From Leptogorgia sarmentosa (taxonomy: Eukaryota), in the NCBI GenBank assembly GCA_964658305.1, contig OZ210885.1, forward strand, positions 9,424,001-9,488,000: a DNA stretch of 64,000 nt, in the 5' to 3' direction. Position numbers and translations under genes: made by a program. The notes beneath the pieces are model-generated. The model was not told the origin of the DNA and searched no databases. It was given only the letters and a program-made list of their open reading frames with translations. This document shows positions 47,564 to 60,239 of this stretch, in pieces. Numbering within the stretch: position 1 is the stretch's first letter; each line of letters begins with the position of its first letter.

Positions 47564-48404
47564 TCACTTGTCCTCGTCAGCTATGGCTGTTATTTTTGCT
47601 CTCGCGTCAACTGCGGCTGCTCTCTTTGGTAGGAACGGTCTGGCTCCGGGATTCAGATGGAGTTGGCTTCCGTTACCGTCCTTCTCTTTCTTGTCACATT
47701 GAAGTTCTAGCGGATAGAGATGCTGAACAGGTCTTTCTAACACGCCGTTCTTCGTCTTGAGCTGAACAGCTCGCGTCTGGCCGTATGGTCCTGGGAATAG
47801 TTTCTGTACGATAGCTAGGGGCCACTTTCCTCGGTTTCTGTCATCGGTCTTCACGATTACCGCGTCTCCTTCTTTCACTTGATATTTTGGGGCTTTATGG
47901 ATCAGGCTGTGACGTTCTCTCAGAGCAGTCAGATATTCTCGTTGCCATCGCTTCCACAAGTTGTTCTTGCACGCGATCAGGTACTTTGCTCGTTTCCGTA
48001 GGTCTTGTTCTCCAGTCCGCCAAGGTTCACTTTCGGGTAATTCGTTGGTTCGTTGGAAGAGGAATGTGGAAGGGGTTTAGGTTGGGAGTTCCACATCGTC
48101 TTCCATGTAGCTGAGTGGGCGACGATTCACTTGGATCTCTACGTCTAACAGTACGTCGCTCAATTCCGACCACGTCAGAGTCGCCCCACCGATCACCTTG
48201 TACATGGCGTTCTTTACTACCCCGATCAATCGTTCAAACTGGCCACCCCACCATGGGGCCCTGCTCAGGTTGAATTTCCACGTCACGTCGTACTGCTGCA
48301 ACAGGCCTTGTACGCGCTCGTCGTTCCTGATTTGTTTCAGCCACTTCGAGGCCTTGACAAACGTAGCCCCATTGTCTTTAATAAATGGTTCTTGGACGTC
48401 CGCT
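47564..48404 (-). pseudogene. Pao integrase, C-terminal part (frameshifted)
   Basis: DNGATF...APWWGGQFERLIG...NRRPL, then WKRWQREYL...WPLA in another frame. Confidence 0.88.
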
Positions 48405-49375
48405 TGGCGTTGGTCAACCGAAGTGGTAAGATTTGATACTTCAGTAGGTGTTGTCGATGCTGAGACTTTTTTAATAGCATTCCAGAGGTCATTCAAGTTT
48501 GTAAATTGCCTTCCATTGCAGTATACTCTTCTCTTGATGATGGCCCACAAGTTCTCGATAGGATTTAAATCCGGGCTATTCGGAGGCCACATCATCACCT
48601 TGTCGTTGTTGAAGCCAGCTTTTTTAAGCCATTCAGAGGTGTACTTCGATTTATGTGCGGGGGCATTGTCGTGCTGGAAAATCATGGTTCTCCACAGAGA
48701 CAGAGGCTGCTCCTCCAACCAAGGCATGAGGTATTTGTTAAGGAGCTCGCAGTAACATTCTGAATTAATTTTAACCCCTTGCTCGACTTTGAATGGTCCA
48801 ATAATGGAGCCTCCTTTGATTCCTGCCCAAAACATTACCCCTCCGCCACCTTGTTGACGACGCATCCTAACATCGGGTTGACGACCATGGAGTATCCAAC
48901 CGGACGACCAACCATCCGGCCCATCGAGGGTAGCACGGCACTCATCTGTGAACAACACATTCTTGAAATCTGTCTTCATATACCTTTGAGCCCATTCTAA
49001 CCTTTTAGATTTATGAATTTTGGTTAATGGAGGTTGTTTTATTGGTTTCATCACTTTGGCGAGACTTTTTAGAGTTTGGCATCGGGCCGTTTTCCCCATT
49101 TTTGGGAAGCCAGCGTTGTCAAATATTGTTTTACTTGTTGCGTGGGGTGTCTTTGCAATCTCAATCTTTACTTTGCGAATGTCCCTATGGGATAGCCTTC
49201 TCAAATGGCTTCTTTTTGGCGTTTTTCTCTTGCTTTTGCCAGAAAACACAAATTTCTTGATGGTTCTATGGTCACGATTCATATTTTCCGCTATTTCGAG
49301 CGTAGACTTGCCACTGCCTAACATTGACGTAATTTTTAACCGATCAGCATCAATAAGATCTCTGTTCTTGCCCAT
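48077..49375 (-). CDS. Tc1-like DD37E transposase fused in frame to a Pao integrase fragment
   Basis: HTH-like N terminus, FTDECRATLDGPDGW, QHDNAPAH and SPDLNPIENLW, with 37 residues between the second D and E. Then DNGATF...PWWGGQFERL. Confidence 0.9.
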   Translation of the reverse strand: MGKNRDLIDADRLKITSMLGSGKSTLEIAENMNRDHRTIKKFVFSGKSKRKTPKRSHLRRLSHRDIRKVKIEIAKTPHATSKTIFDNAGFPKMGKTARCQTLKSLAKVMKPIKQPPLTKIHKSKRLEWAQRYMKTDFKNVLFTDECRATLDGPDGWSSGWILHGRQPDVRMRRQQGGGGVMFWAGIKGGSIIGPFKVEQGVKINSECYCELLNKYLMPWLEEQPLSLWRTMIFQHDNAPAHKSKYTSEWLKKAGFNNDKVMMWPPNSPDLNPIENLWAIIKRRVYCNGRQFTNLNDLWNAIKKVSASTTPTEVSNLTTSVDQRQADVQEPFIKDNGATFVKASKWLKQIRNDERVQGLLQQYDVTWKFNLSRAPWWGGQFERLIGVVKNAMYKVIGGATLTWSELSDVLLDVEIQVNRRPLSYMEDDVELPT

Positions 49376-49603
49376 GTTTGTGTCAAGTAAACTACCTTGC
49401 GTAATGAAGCCGGACGCTTTCAGACGTGACTTATTTTGTTTTCAAGCATATAATTGTTCACAAATATCATTTTAGCTATTAATATTATGCACTGGACGAA
49501 CAATAGATTCTTTTACCACATGTATGTTTACAGCTATTATTTCCACATTGATTCGTATTGCATAGCTAGAACTTCGATTTGCATAATCAAAGCGAACGTA
49601 CTG
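48405..49603 (-). mobile_element. Tc1-like (DD37E/TRT-type) transposon, 3' end deleted
   Basis: TA|CAGTACGTTCGC terminus at 49603 interrupts the Pao integrase just after DFAGPIR. No matching TIR at the other end. Confidence 0.85.
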
Positions 49604-52600
49604 TATAGCGAATTGGACCGGCGAAGTCCGTGCCTATCACTTCGAACGCTGCTCGCCTGCTCCCCCAGTGGTACGGTCTTAGGCAGCTTCCCTGGAATCG
49701 GTTTCACGACCGGCGTCGCCGTATACCGCTTACACCCGTAGCACTTCGCTCGAACAGTTTTCACTAATTGCCGTACTGTTGGCACCCAATAGATCTCACG
49801 CACCGCCGCCATCGTCAGCAGGACGCCACCGTGTAGCGTTTCTACGTGGTATCTCTGCACGAGTTTTCGAGTGAACTCAGAGTCGACTGGGAGATATATG
49901 GGGTGTTGTCCTTGGATTCGTCCGTGGCATTCCAGAATTCCGCGTTCGTTTTTTACGAGGTTGAGGCTTTGTCTCGTATGCTCGAAGTGGGGTCTCTGGG
50001 AATCCTTCGCCTGTTCCCGTTTCGTCCACCAGTCTCGAACTTCTTTCAGGTCGCTTGACGTCAGGGGACCACTGCGGTGACGGTTTGTTGTGAACCGGCA
50101 TGCCCAGGCTTGAACTCGGAGTGCACGAAGTAAATCGTAACGTTTAAGAAGGTTCTCGAAGGGGTTGTTCTCCGAAGCTTGGTCTTGTTCTTGCGCGACA
50201 CCGAGAACTTCTTTCATTGCTTTCGCTTCAACTTCAGACGCTGCAGATTTATCTGCCACTCGATTCTCTGGCCAGCGATCATGATCAGCGAGCCACTCGG
50301 GGCCCGTCAACCACGTGCTTCCAGTAATCTGCCCTCCACGGCTCGCGATGTCTGCCGGATTCTCGTCAGTCGGCACGTATCTCCATTTGATCTCAGCATG
50401 CTCTCGTATCTTCCTCACACGATTTGTCACGAACTGTTTGTACTGGCCGTTGCCGAGGAGCCAGTGAAGTGCGACGGTGCTGTCTAACCAGCCAACGATC
50501 TCTGGTGTGGGAAGTTCTACTAGCACGTTCATTACGAGGTTTGCCGACATATGAGCGCTGACCAACTCCAATCTTGGCACTGTCAAGTTATTCTTTGCCA
50601 ACCGAGACTTCGCAGCAACGAGGGAAGTCGTGACACCTCCGCTTTGGCGAACCACAGAGTAGACAACCGTACCTACTCCTTCAGTCGATGCATCCCCGAA
50701 GACGTGTAGCTCGGATGACTCAACTGGCTGATGGTAAGGTGCAAGTGGTCTCGGGACATTTTTATTCGTTCGGGAAGGGATTTCTCAAACTTCAGCCATC
50801 GTTTCTGGAGGTGTTGTGGAAGATCGTGATCCCATCCAATCTTGGAGTCGCATACGTCACGAAACACAAGTTTTCCTTGCAACGTTATTGGTGAGGCTAG
50901 ACCAAGAGGGTCGTAGATTCTTGCCAAACTTGCGAGTAGCTCACGCTTGGTGGTCGCCGACGTACTTGTGGGGAATTCTACGGAGATGGAGTCCGTGATC
51001 TTGTCCCACTTGAGGCCCAGAAGCTTCGACTCGCTTGGTTTGACTTGCAGCTGTTGTTTCGCAAACGACTGTTCATCGCAGATTTGGTTTACTTTGTCTT
51101 CCAGCTCTGGCACGTTTGAGCTCCATTTGTGTAGCTTGAACTTCGCATCGTCCATGATCTCGATAGCTGTGGCTTTCCGTTGTTTCGCCTCTGTCATGTC
51201 CTTTCCGCCAGACAAAATATCATCCACGTATAAGCTACGACGCAGCCGCTCCACGTCGTCTGGATATCGTTCGGCCCACGAATCGAGATGGCATTCGAGA
51301 ACTCCTCCAAGTAGAAATGGAGAGGGTGCGAGGCCGAACAACACGCGCCCAAACCGATACGTAAGGACCTTCGCGCCAACGTTGGATTTCCAATGGAATC
51401 GCAGCACATTCCTCTCAGATTCTCGTACTCGAATCTGCAGGAACGCTTGTTTAATATCGCCGGAAATTACTACGGGATGTGCTCTCTGCTGCACCAACAC
51501 GTCCCACAACTTGTTCTGTAGGGCCGGCCCTGGGTAGAGGCAGTCGTTGAGGGACGGACTTTCTGGTGATTCTCGGGCTGAGGCGTCGTACACTATCCTC
51601 ATTTTTGTCGTTTGGGCTGACTCTCGGATCACATGTCTGTGAGGAATGTAGAATTCCTTGGCGTCGTTCACTGTCACCGTGGCAGGTGTTGAAGAACTAT
51701 TTCCGGTTTCGGTGGGAGGGTTTACAACATCACTTCCGGTCTCGGTGGGAGGTTTTACAACATCACTTCCGGTCTCGGTGGGAGGCTCTGATACGTCACT
51801 TCCAGTTTCCGGGGAAGAGTTTGCTACGTCACTTCCGGTCTCGGCGGGTGGTGGAACTCTTTCGATAACCCCCTCAGCTAGTTGTTCTTGTATGATGCTG
51901 TCCTACTTCTCCATCAGGTTCTCACGTTGAAGTTTCTTGATCAAACTTCCGAGTCGCTTCAAGCTGTTGCGTTCATTGTTAGGGAGATGTGGGTGGTTCG
52001 GTTTCCATGGTAACGCCGTTTCGTACTATCCTTCCGGTGATCGTGTCAACTGTTCGTTGAACTCGTCAAATACTACCGACTGGTCGTGCTGGGAGGTGTC
52101 CTCGAGCCCTAGAACGTCTAGCCTGCATAATTCCTGATACTCGACGTGAGAGGTCTGGGTCAACAACATCACTTGGCTTTCGAACTCCTACCCGGGGCCC
52201 ATCAAAAACCAACCGAACTTGGTCAACTCGGCGGTAGGGGCTTTCTCATTTCCTATTCTCGGTCTCGTTTGTGTTTTGATTTTTGCATACTCCCCGCTCC
52301 CCAAAATGAGATGAACCGGCAGGGAGTCCTTGGTGGCATTATCGTTCATGGTCACGCCCTTTAGGTGGGGGTGTTGACTAATTAGCTCGGTATATTTGGG
52401 ATTGCCGATCATCAGAAGTTCACTTTTGTTTACTTTCGTAACTTTAGCCGGGAGACTAAACGAACCGTCCAGTAAATCAATTTTCACGTCGTATATGTCC
52501 AATTTAGAAGTCTTAGACGCCATAAGCATGTCGATATTTTTTAGCAGCGATTGTGAAGGTTTCAGTTTGAGCAAGTCTATCAGCTTCGCTGACACGTACG

Positions 52601-53343
52601 AGCTCCCCGCTCCAGAATCGATCAAGGCTCTACAGCGAATCCCATTGATTTCCACAACGACTATGGGGAACACCGCTTCGCTTTTCTGGCATGTAGTCAT
52701 GGCAACGTTTAAAGTAGGGTCTTGAGTTTCACCATCTGGTTTGTTGTCGTGAGAATCACAGATGGAGGTGTGATGTCTCTTTCCACACGTCCTACAAGTG
52801 GCTTTACTAGGGCACTCAGAGGCCTTATGATTGCCTGCGGCGCAATTAAAACACAATCGTTTCTTGGCAAGTATACGTTTACGAGCTGACGTCAGAGATA
52901 CTCTCACGCAATCGTTCGTTTTGTGTTCGCCGCTATCGCAATAAACGCAATTATGTTGAATTGACACCCGACGAGAGACATGAAACAGCTTGTCTCTCCT
53001 CTTGCTGCCGTGGAAAGAATCGTCAGTGTGTTCAAATGGCTTGTCGATAGGATTTCTCCTACACCACTGGTTCAGCGCTTCAACTAGTTTGGGAAAGTTC
53101 CATTGTTCCCAGTCAGGGTCTGTCCGCACTATATCCCCGCGAATGCCAGGTAGCTTTTCTAGGGTCAGAGCCACAGCGCCATTAACACCGTCTATCTTAT
53201 CTAATGTCTCTAAAGCTTGAACGCAGTAAGACAACTTCTCGCTAAACTCGTGAATTTTCTTCGGACTCGCGGTTCGTATGATGGGTAGCCCAAGTATTTC
53301 GCGCGGGTAACCCTTCACTATCTCGGATTCATTCCCGTACTTA
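49604..53343 (-). pseudogene. Pao gag-pol, central part (knuckles, protease, RT, RNase H, integrase N terminus) with stops and frameshifts
   Basis: ORF pieces 52188-53341, 50673-51677 and 49604-50655. Confidence 0.92.
51695..51850. repeat. 33-bp coding minisatellite (~5 units) in Pao pol
   Basis: TTCC(G/A)G cores at 51701, 51734, 51767, 51800 and 51833; encodes ETGSDVxxPPT-like repeats. Confidence 0.85.
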
Positions 53344-54393
53344 CAGGGGGTTGCCAAAAAAAAAGAGCCCCCTTGTCTCACACAGAAATAAACAAGGTTT
53401 ATACAAGTCATATTCCTTATGTCGTAAAAAAAGGATTGCACGACAAATGAGATGTAGAGAAATAGTCCTATTTCACTCTAAGAACACAACATTTGGTAAG
53501 CAATATGATATCCGCAACTTTTGATGATCTGTGGACTGCACCCAAGGATGTTCTAGACAAGTTTATGAACGTATTCATGGTTGTTATTCTTCCAACCCTG
53601 ACTCCTCAAATAACTACTCCTCAATTCGAGATGAACATTTCATATCTAGTCTTCTCTCCTGGCTCCGCAACAAATTCTCAATGGGATTGAGGTCTGGGCT
53701 TTGTGTTAGCTAAAGAACACTTCAATTTTCAATTGAAATTGATTCCTCAGATAATATTCCACAATACGAATCGTTCCTGGGAGTCCTTGTCATGCTGCCA
53801 TATTTACTTATCTCCATGGTGTAATCGGACTGAAGATTGTTTGAATTAAATTTTTCGGTTTATTTTTGGCAGAGGCGGCGTTTTAGTCCATGGTGATATT
53901 TGGTTACATATATGTGCGCTTTATTAGTGGCTGTGCGAGGTCAGCGATATTTGGGCAAACATTCGAGAGTTGATAATCTCTTAACAGCCTCTCTCATCAA
54001 AAGCCTGTCTTCGTGAATCCTTGTCTTGTGCGGTGTTCAAGAACCTGGTATTCATCCAGCACTCTCACTTTCCTTCATACGACTTTTTTTGCCCAAGAAA
54101 AGCTGAGTCTATATTCGTTGCTACTTTCCAAGCACTCGCGTCTAGCACGGGGTGAGTCCAATATTGAAGGTTTCTACCTATCTTCTTTTTAGCCCTTTCT
54201 TCTCATTTGCTTCCTCGATGGCAACAGTTTCACACTGATTACAGTGAGATTGGCTAAAACCCATCACTTTTAGCACGAACTATTTGTTGAATGCTTGTGA
54301 GGCAATATATTTTATCCATACCGCATGTGCGTCTACAATTACACAAAAAGCCCTTTTTAAATAGGGGGGCTCTTTTTTTTTGGCAACCCCCCT
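53344..54393 (-). mobile_element. Degenerate Tc1-like transposon inserted in Pao gag
   Basis: ~29-bp TIRs CAGGGGGTTGCCAAAAAAAAAGAGCCCCC, TA TSD, remnant motifs WQHDKD and SPDLNPIENL. Removing it restores gag ILKNKYGNESE in frame. Confidence 0.92.
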
Positions 54394-55046
54394 GTATTTT
54401 TGAGGATGCTTATCGCTCGATTATAGCCCTCGGCGTGAAAGGGCAATGCTTCGATTGTTTGTCGCACTTTAGGTTCTAACAACTCACGAAGGTAAGAAAA
54501 CTTAGTTACTGGGGCAATAGCGGATTGATCAATGTTCTCAGAGAATTGCCCCCAAAACCTCGGCCAATCCATAGGAGAACCATTGAATTTAGAAATCACC
54601 AGCTTGGGTAATTTCGCCTGCATTCCGATCATAGTTTTACTTGCTTGCGGGGGGCTTTCAAGACTATGTTCATTTCGCAATTTAGCTTTAGTTTCGTAAA
54701 GTTTTACCTCGAACTTGATCTTCTCTTCTCTCTCGACTTCTTCAAGCTTCCTTTTGTTTTCCGCTAACCATTCTTTCGTTCGACGTACATGGCTATCTGC
54801 TTCGGCGATTTTGCCGTCGATCTCCGTGTTCCACTCGGTTGTGTCCTCGTCATTGCTGATTTTTTCCGCCTCAACCGTGAGCCTTAGTTTGTCCACTTCA
54901 CTAACTACAGTTCGGAGTGTTCCAAGATGCCGAGTAATAGATTCCTCGTCAGATTTCGCTAGGGTTCCTTCCGTTCGCTTCGTCGTTAGTTGCAGTTGAA
55001 CTAGTTTGGTCTTCAACACAGCGCTGGCGTTTGTTGCTTCACTCAT
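54394..55046 (-). pseudogene. Pao gag, N-terminal part
   Basis: ATG at 55046 just after the PBS; LPKLVISKFNGSPMDWPRFWGQF. Confidence 0.88.
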
Positions 55047-56637
55047 TTTCACAATCCCGTCGGAGGTGCCAGGTTTAGTAAATTGACCCTTACTAATAGG
55101 TATTAAGCAACAAAGGACTCGACAAAGCGAATTTGGTTTTGTAAAAATTTATTAAGAAAAAACACTCACTCTCGTTCACGCACTCAGATCTCTCTCACAG
55201 TCAGTCTTCGACTCATTCCTATCTTTCAACCTCACTGATTTTAATCTACCTACCTATGTGTCAATCGCCTCGCGCATTCCTCATTAATTAAGTGGACTAA
55301 TTACGTCTAATATAGTATTAAGGTCGCAGTCTCCGACAGTCAAGCTGTTCTTCATTGCAAGTGAATGAAAATCCGGAAAACGATGATGTTATTTGATGAT
55401 AATATAATGTGGCCAACATGTTTTAATACGTTGATAAAACAATTAAGATGTTCTTTATATATCAGCAATGAAAGTAGACCTCACGAGGCTTCACTAAGCT
55501 TGGGTTGTTAATGTTTGTTTACACGACATTGCACATTACACGCCGGGGATTTACAGAATTTTCGATACTAAAATAACTAAACCATATAGAGGCATACAAA
55601 ACTAAATTTAACGTTAGCCCGATACTGTGAATAAACTGGATATATTATTACGACGCAGAAGACAAGTAGCGTGCACTTTATGATTTAACTCATTTAAGAT
55701 GATTTGTTCTGTACGCGTACGATGTGTATATAATTTTAAAAAGGTCAGAGGTCAGGTCAGAGATTTATTTGATTTGCTTTAACGCGCGTGCTGCTGCGAT
55801 TTCGCGGATTTCCAGTTGGTTTCTGACAACAAAATATTGATTATTTTATCATATCACATCAACAACCTTTCCTTAGTTGTCTTCTTAGAAACTTTGCACT
55901 ATCCTTGGATCCCTAGTGGGGAGATCCACCTAGTTCAGTTCTCTAGTAGTGGTGACCCCAATTTGATGGCAGGGGAAGGCAAAGATTGCTGGAAATGGCG
56001 ATTCTGGGGGTCTATCTCAAAATTTTCCCGGGCGAGAATCCCCCCGGATCCCCCTAATTGTGGTCGGTCTTTTTCATCATTTCATGACCAAACGACAACG
56101 GCTGGCGTCGCCGCTGGTTCTGGCGTGCGACATTTATTTTGCTACCTATATAGGGACGACCGTAACTGTTGAGGTATTATCCATATGACAATTTCAATTA
56201 CGAAATCTGTTTACCTGTGTGTGTGTTTTTTTTTTGGGGGGGGGGGGTATATATAAAAATCTCAGAAACATGTTTCGATTTTGCTCAATTGGTATAATCA
56301 TGATCTTCAGCAAAAAACCTCATATCAATTCAAAACTGTATCAAAAAAAGATATTTTCCTATGTTAAGAAATACAACTAATTCACGACTTCATTGACTTC
56401 AGGTGAGTGGGGGGGGGGGGGGGGGCTCCAGAGATCTCATCTTACGGCGGGCCTGCTTTCTAAGATACAGTACCAACTGCGACGTGACCGACGTCAGGAA
56501 TTACGCTTATGAGTTTGGAATAAGAAATATAATTTCCATCACTCTAACACTTTTCTAGTAACATAATCTTGGTAATGACTTTGTTCAATTTATGTCTTCA
56601 TATTTTATGTATGCATTTAACAGTTTAACTGCATGTA

Positions 56638-57811
56638 CAGTACCATCCTCGAGTAACATACACTGGACTCGCGCGTAGCGAGTACGCGTAAATCATGTTG
56701 GCAAGAAATACTCGCTTCACGCGCAAAATGGATCACTCGCTGCACTCGCGAGTATTTCGAGTCTGCGAGTTTAAAACCGGTAAAATCACTAAAAACACTA
56801 AAAATCAATTTGTTAATGTAAATGTTTATGTAGACATAAGTACTCACCGCGTCATCAGGTATAAACACACATATTATAATAATCACAAATAGCCAACGCT
56901 GGCGGTTTTCCCGTATTCGGTCAAAACTCCGTTGTCTTTGTATTCGATCAAAATCCCTTCCATAAGTTTTGTCAGGTTTGATGGCCGTTTAGAGCAGAAT
57001 GAATCACCGAATTTTGTATAGGTTATTTTTATCCAAAGGCAGAGCAACGCGACAATGAAGATGTCTCAATTGAGTGCAAATAAGAAATGCAAATTCATCG
57101 CTCATTGTATCACTGTTATGCTAATAACATGTCAACTTCGCATTCATAACATGTCAACTTCGCATTCATAACATGTCAACTTCGCATTCATAACATGTCA
57201 ACTTCGCATTCATAACATGTCAACTTCGCATTCATAACATGTCAACTTCGCATTCATAACATGTCAACTTCGCATTCATAACATGTCAACTTCGCATTCA
57301 TAACATGTCAACTTCGCATTCATAACATGTCAACTTCGCATTCATAACAATTCATTTCAGTATAAACGCGTTGCTCTGCCTTTGGATAAAAATAACCTAT
57401 ACAAAACCTGCTCTAAACGGCCATCAAACCTGACAAAACTTATGGAAGGGACTTTTGATCGAATACAAGGACAACGGAGTTTTGACCGAATACGGGAAAA
57501 TCGCCTGCGTTGGTTATTTGTGATTATTATATGTGTGTATATATCTGATGAGGCGGTGAGTACCTATGTCTACATAAACTTTAGATTAAAAAATTGATTT
57601 TTAGTGTTTTTACCGGTTTTATACTCGCAGACTCGAAATACTCGCGAGTGCAGCGAGTGATCTATTTTGCGAGTGAAGCGAGTATTTCTTGCCAACATGA
57701 TTTGCGCGTACTCGCGAGTAGCGAGTCAAGCGAGTACTCGAACGACTCGCGAGTGACTTGCGCGCACTCGCTACGCGCGAGTCGAGTGTATGTTACTCGA
57801 GGACGGTACTG
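56638..57811. mobile_element. Tc1/mariner-type foldback element with ~410-bp arms and a central minisatellite
   Basis: TA|CAGTACC(A/G)TCCTCGAGTAACATACACT termini with TA TSD; arms ~56638-57051 and ~57367-57811. Confidence 0.88.
57124..57349. repeat. 22-bp perfect tandem repeat x10
   Basis: (ATAACATGTCAACTTCGCATTC)10 plus a partial unit. Confidence 0.95.
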
Positions 57812-60132
57812 TATACAACCGCGTGAATAAAGCTACTGCAGAAAGTTTGACTGGTTTGCTTGAGTTCAGGAGTCTATTGCAATTTTCGTTATACGAATAA
57901 TGAAACGGCCAGGCAAATTGTGGAAAGTTCAGAAAGGGCTATTTTTACTTGTTAGCAAATATTTCAAGTTTCAACCGTTGTTAAAATGCTCGAAAAGCTA
58001 TAAAATCGCAGATACGGAGCAGGCAATTGCTAAAAGGTATGTTCAACTTCAAAATATTTAAGTTTTATTCCACTCAGAGTTTTAACGGGTTGTTTTAGGA
58101 AATTCAACAAAGAGCAACAGTCTTGCGCACCATCTAAACGATAGAAACAGATTTAACGTTTCGATGAAACGTCCTTCCTCGTGAATTGGCGTGTTCACTA
58201 ATGTAGTTAATCAGTGGATAGCGCAATCTTACATGTGAACAACCAACCCGTTACAGGAACGTTATAAATTGTTACAGCACGAGACCTCCTCCACTACACG
58301 AGCGGGAGGAGTTGAAAATTGATTTCTTTCACCAGTTGACACTTGACAAGTATTACTATTTACGCATGCGTTGCACCACAATGAATTTTTCCACGATTCT
58401 TGCTCCATCGAGTCATCGATTATATACAGGATTATCTCCGAGCCTCATATTAATTGGACTATATCAAATGTCTATATACATAACTATATATGATACCGAT
58501 CTTGAACAATATATAATTATCTTGTGTCGCATCACAAATAGGTAAAGTCGTACATTACAGAACTTCAGCATTCAGTAAGTTGTTGCTGGGTCTTCCAGCA
58601 ACACAAAATAGATAGTAAATATCTTTCCCGTATAGATGACAAGTTTGGTAGGGATTTTTATAATGGGGATATTTTACGATCGGGTTAATTTGGTTCCAGA
58701 TTTTCTAACTACAATACAAATAAAAGTTGCATTTTTAGTACTCAGTTGTGTTGGTAGTGGCTTTATTAACAGAGAGCAAAGAGTCTACTCTCCACCTAAA
58801 TAACATAAACGGCGGCCATGGCTAGAAATATGCGACATGCAGTATTACGCAATGGGCATTCGGACTTTCAAAATGCTCGTAAATTTATAGTATGCAGCAA
58901 CGCAAAATAGTATGTTTTCTTACATGCGAAGTATAAACATGGTAAATCGACTTGTAACGAATCAAAAAAGCAAAATATTGTGATATTTAGAAGCCGATAA
59001 ACCTTGTCCCCGAGCGATTCAAACGTATCCATGCATTGTAGCGTATTAGCCGCCATTAATCATCAATTCTTATATACTTCACTGAAAGAGAGCGGTGTTT
59101 TAGGATACATGAAATACAAATTCCAACATGCGAAGCTTGATTTGTCAAGATGGGGTTTCGGCGGCTTCAACTAATATAAAACCTTTAAAAGGTTACGTAT
59201 CTTTCCCTTGTCCAGCTTTACGTTTATGTTCGATAGTTATGGATATTTCAAGCAAAGTGAAGCACTTTGCCGAACATAAACGTAAAGCTGGAACATCTGC
59301 TACCTACACTGGTCACATATTCATACTTCAATTATTATCTATCAGGGGTTATGTGTATTGTGTACGTTGACCTGAAACCGTCATCATATAGGTCTGAATG
59401 AAGTTGATGTATAGTTTGTCTTAAATCTTGCATGAGAATCCATTCCATAACACATGGTAAATTAGTAACTTACTGAATCTGTCGAAATTTAAAGCTGTTT
59501 ATGAAATTGAAAGCCAATGCTTCAATGCTCGTATCCATATACTGATATACAATTTTACTAGACTATTTTTAATATTAAAATATAACTTACTTCAAACGGA
59601 CATTTGTTATATTTTCTTATTATATATTATATGTAAATGTATATTTCTTTCGGTTCTGCTTTAAAATATGTCAGTACGAAGTCCTGGAATGGATTAAAAG
59701 TGAAGTTACAGGTTTCAAAGCAAAGCGCAAAACGCGGATGTCGTGCAGTTTAAGGCAGAGGTTCCAGTCCATGCCTTGGATTTTCAGGATCTGATACAAA
59801 AAGAACACAAATGTGTTCTTTCATTTTAAGAACACATCTGATATAACATCAGAAAATCAAAGTTACAGGTTTATGCCAGTCAACGGAAAACTGCGTATTA
59901 CATATACTGGCACTTGCACGCTGATGATTTCCTCTTTGTTTTCTTCATGAATTATTAATGCTTTTCACAAGTATATGTACCCATGTTTTGTAAAAATTGT
60001 ATACATTCCTAATAATGAATACGCCGAGTCGAAATGTGGAACGAACAGTTAAAAAAATTTCTTGTGTTTGGATGTTTCTATTGTTTTGTATTTCTATATG
60101 CACAGTATGACTAGTAGCCTTGTGTACTGCAC

Positions 60133-60239
60133 CTTTATCGAGGACTTCCATGAGTTGAAGATATTCCCATTCTTTGACAGCGACACGACATATTGATCAT
60201 CAGCAGAGACTGCAACATCTTTTGCCCATTCAAGTTCAC
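60133..60239 (-). CDS. WD40-repeat protein, internal exon
   Basis: caatag|GT GAA (GELEWAKDVAVSADDQYVVSLS...SSIK)|gtgcag; 107 nt, phase 1 to 0, joins VWNL of the next exon. Confidence 0.8.

Larger units (their letters stand above)
47166..55338 (-). mobile_element. BEL/Pao LTR retrotransposon, degenerate, with nested insertions
   Basis: ~260-bp LTRs (47166-47423; ~55074-55338) starting TGTCGGAGAC; PBS TGGCACCTCCGACGGGAT at 55054-55071 (probably tRNA-Arg); PPT at 47424-47432; gag LPKLVISKFNG with three Cys knuckles, LIDSGAG, YVDD, PRLEL, PWWGGQFERL, WPLAIV...RPVQHLYPLE. Confidence 0.95.

Noticed and set aside
51566..52725. Plus-strand ORFs over the Pao element (and similar antisense ORFs over Gypsy)
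   Set aside because: Antisense shadows of retroelement coding sequence.
57124..57349. CRISPR-like array
   Set aside because: Head-to-tail 22-bp units without spacers, no cas genes, eukaryotic context.
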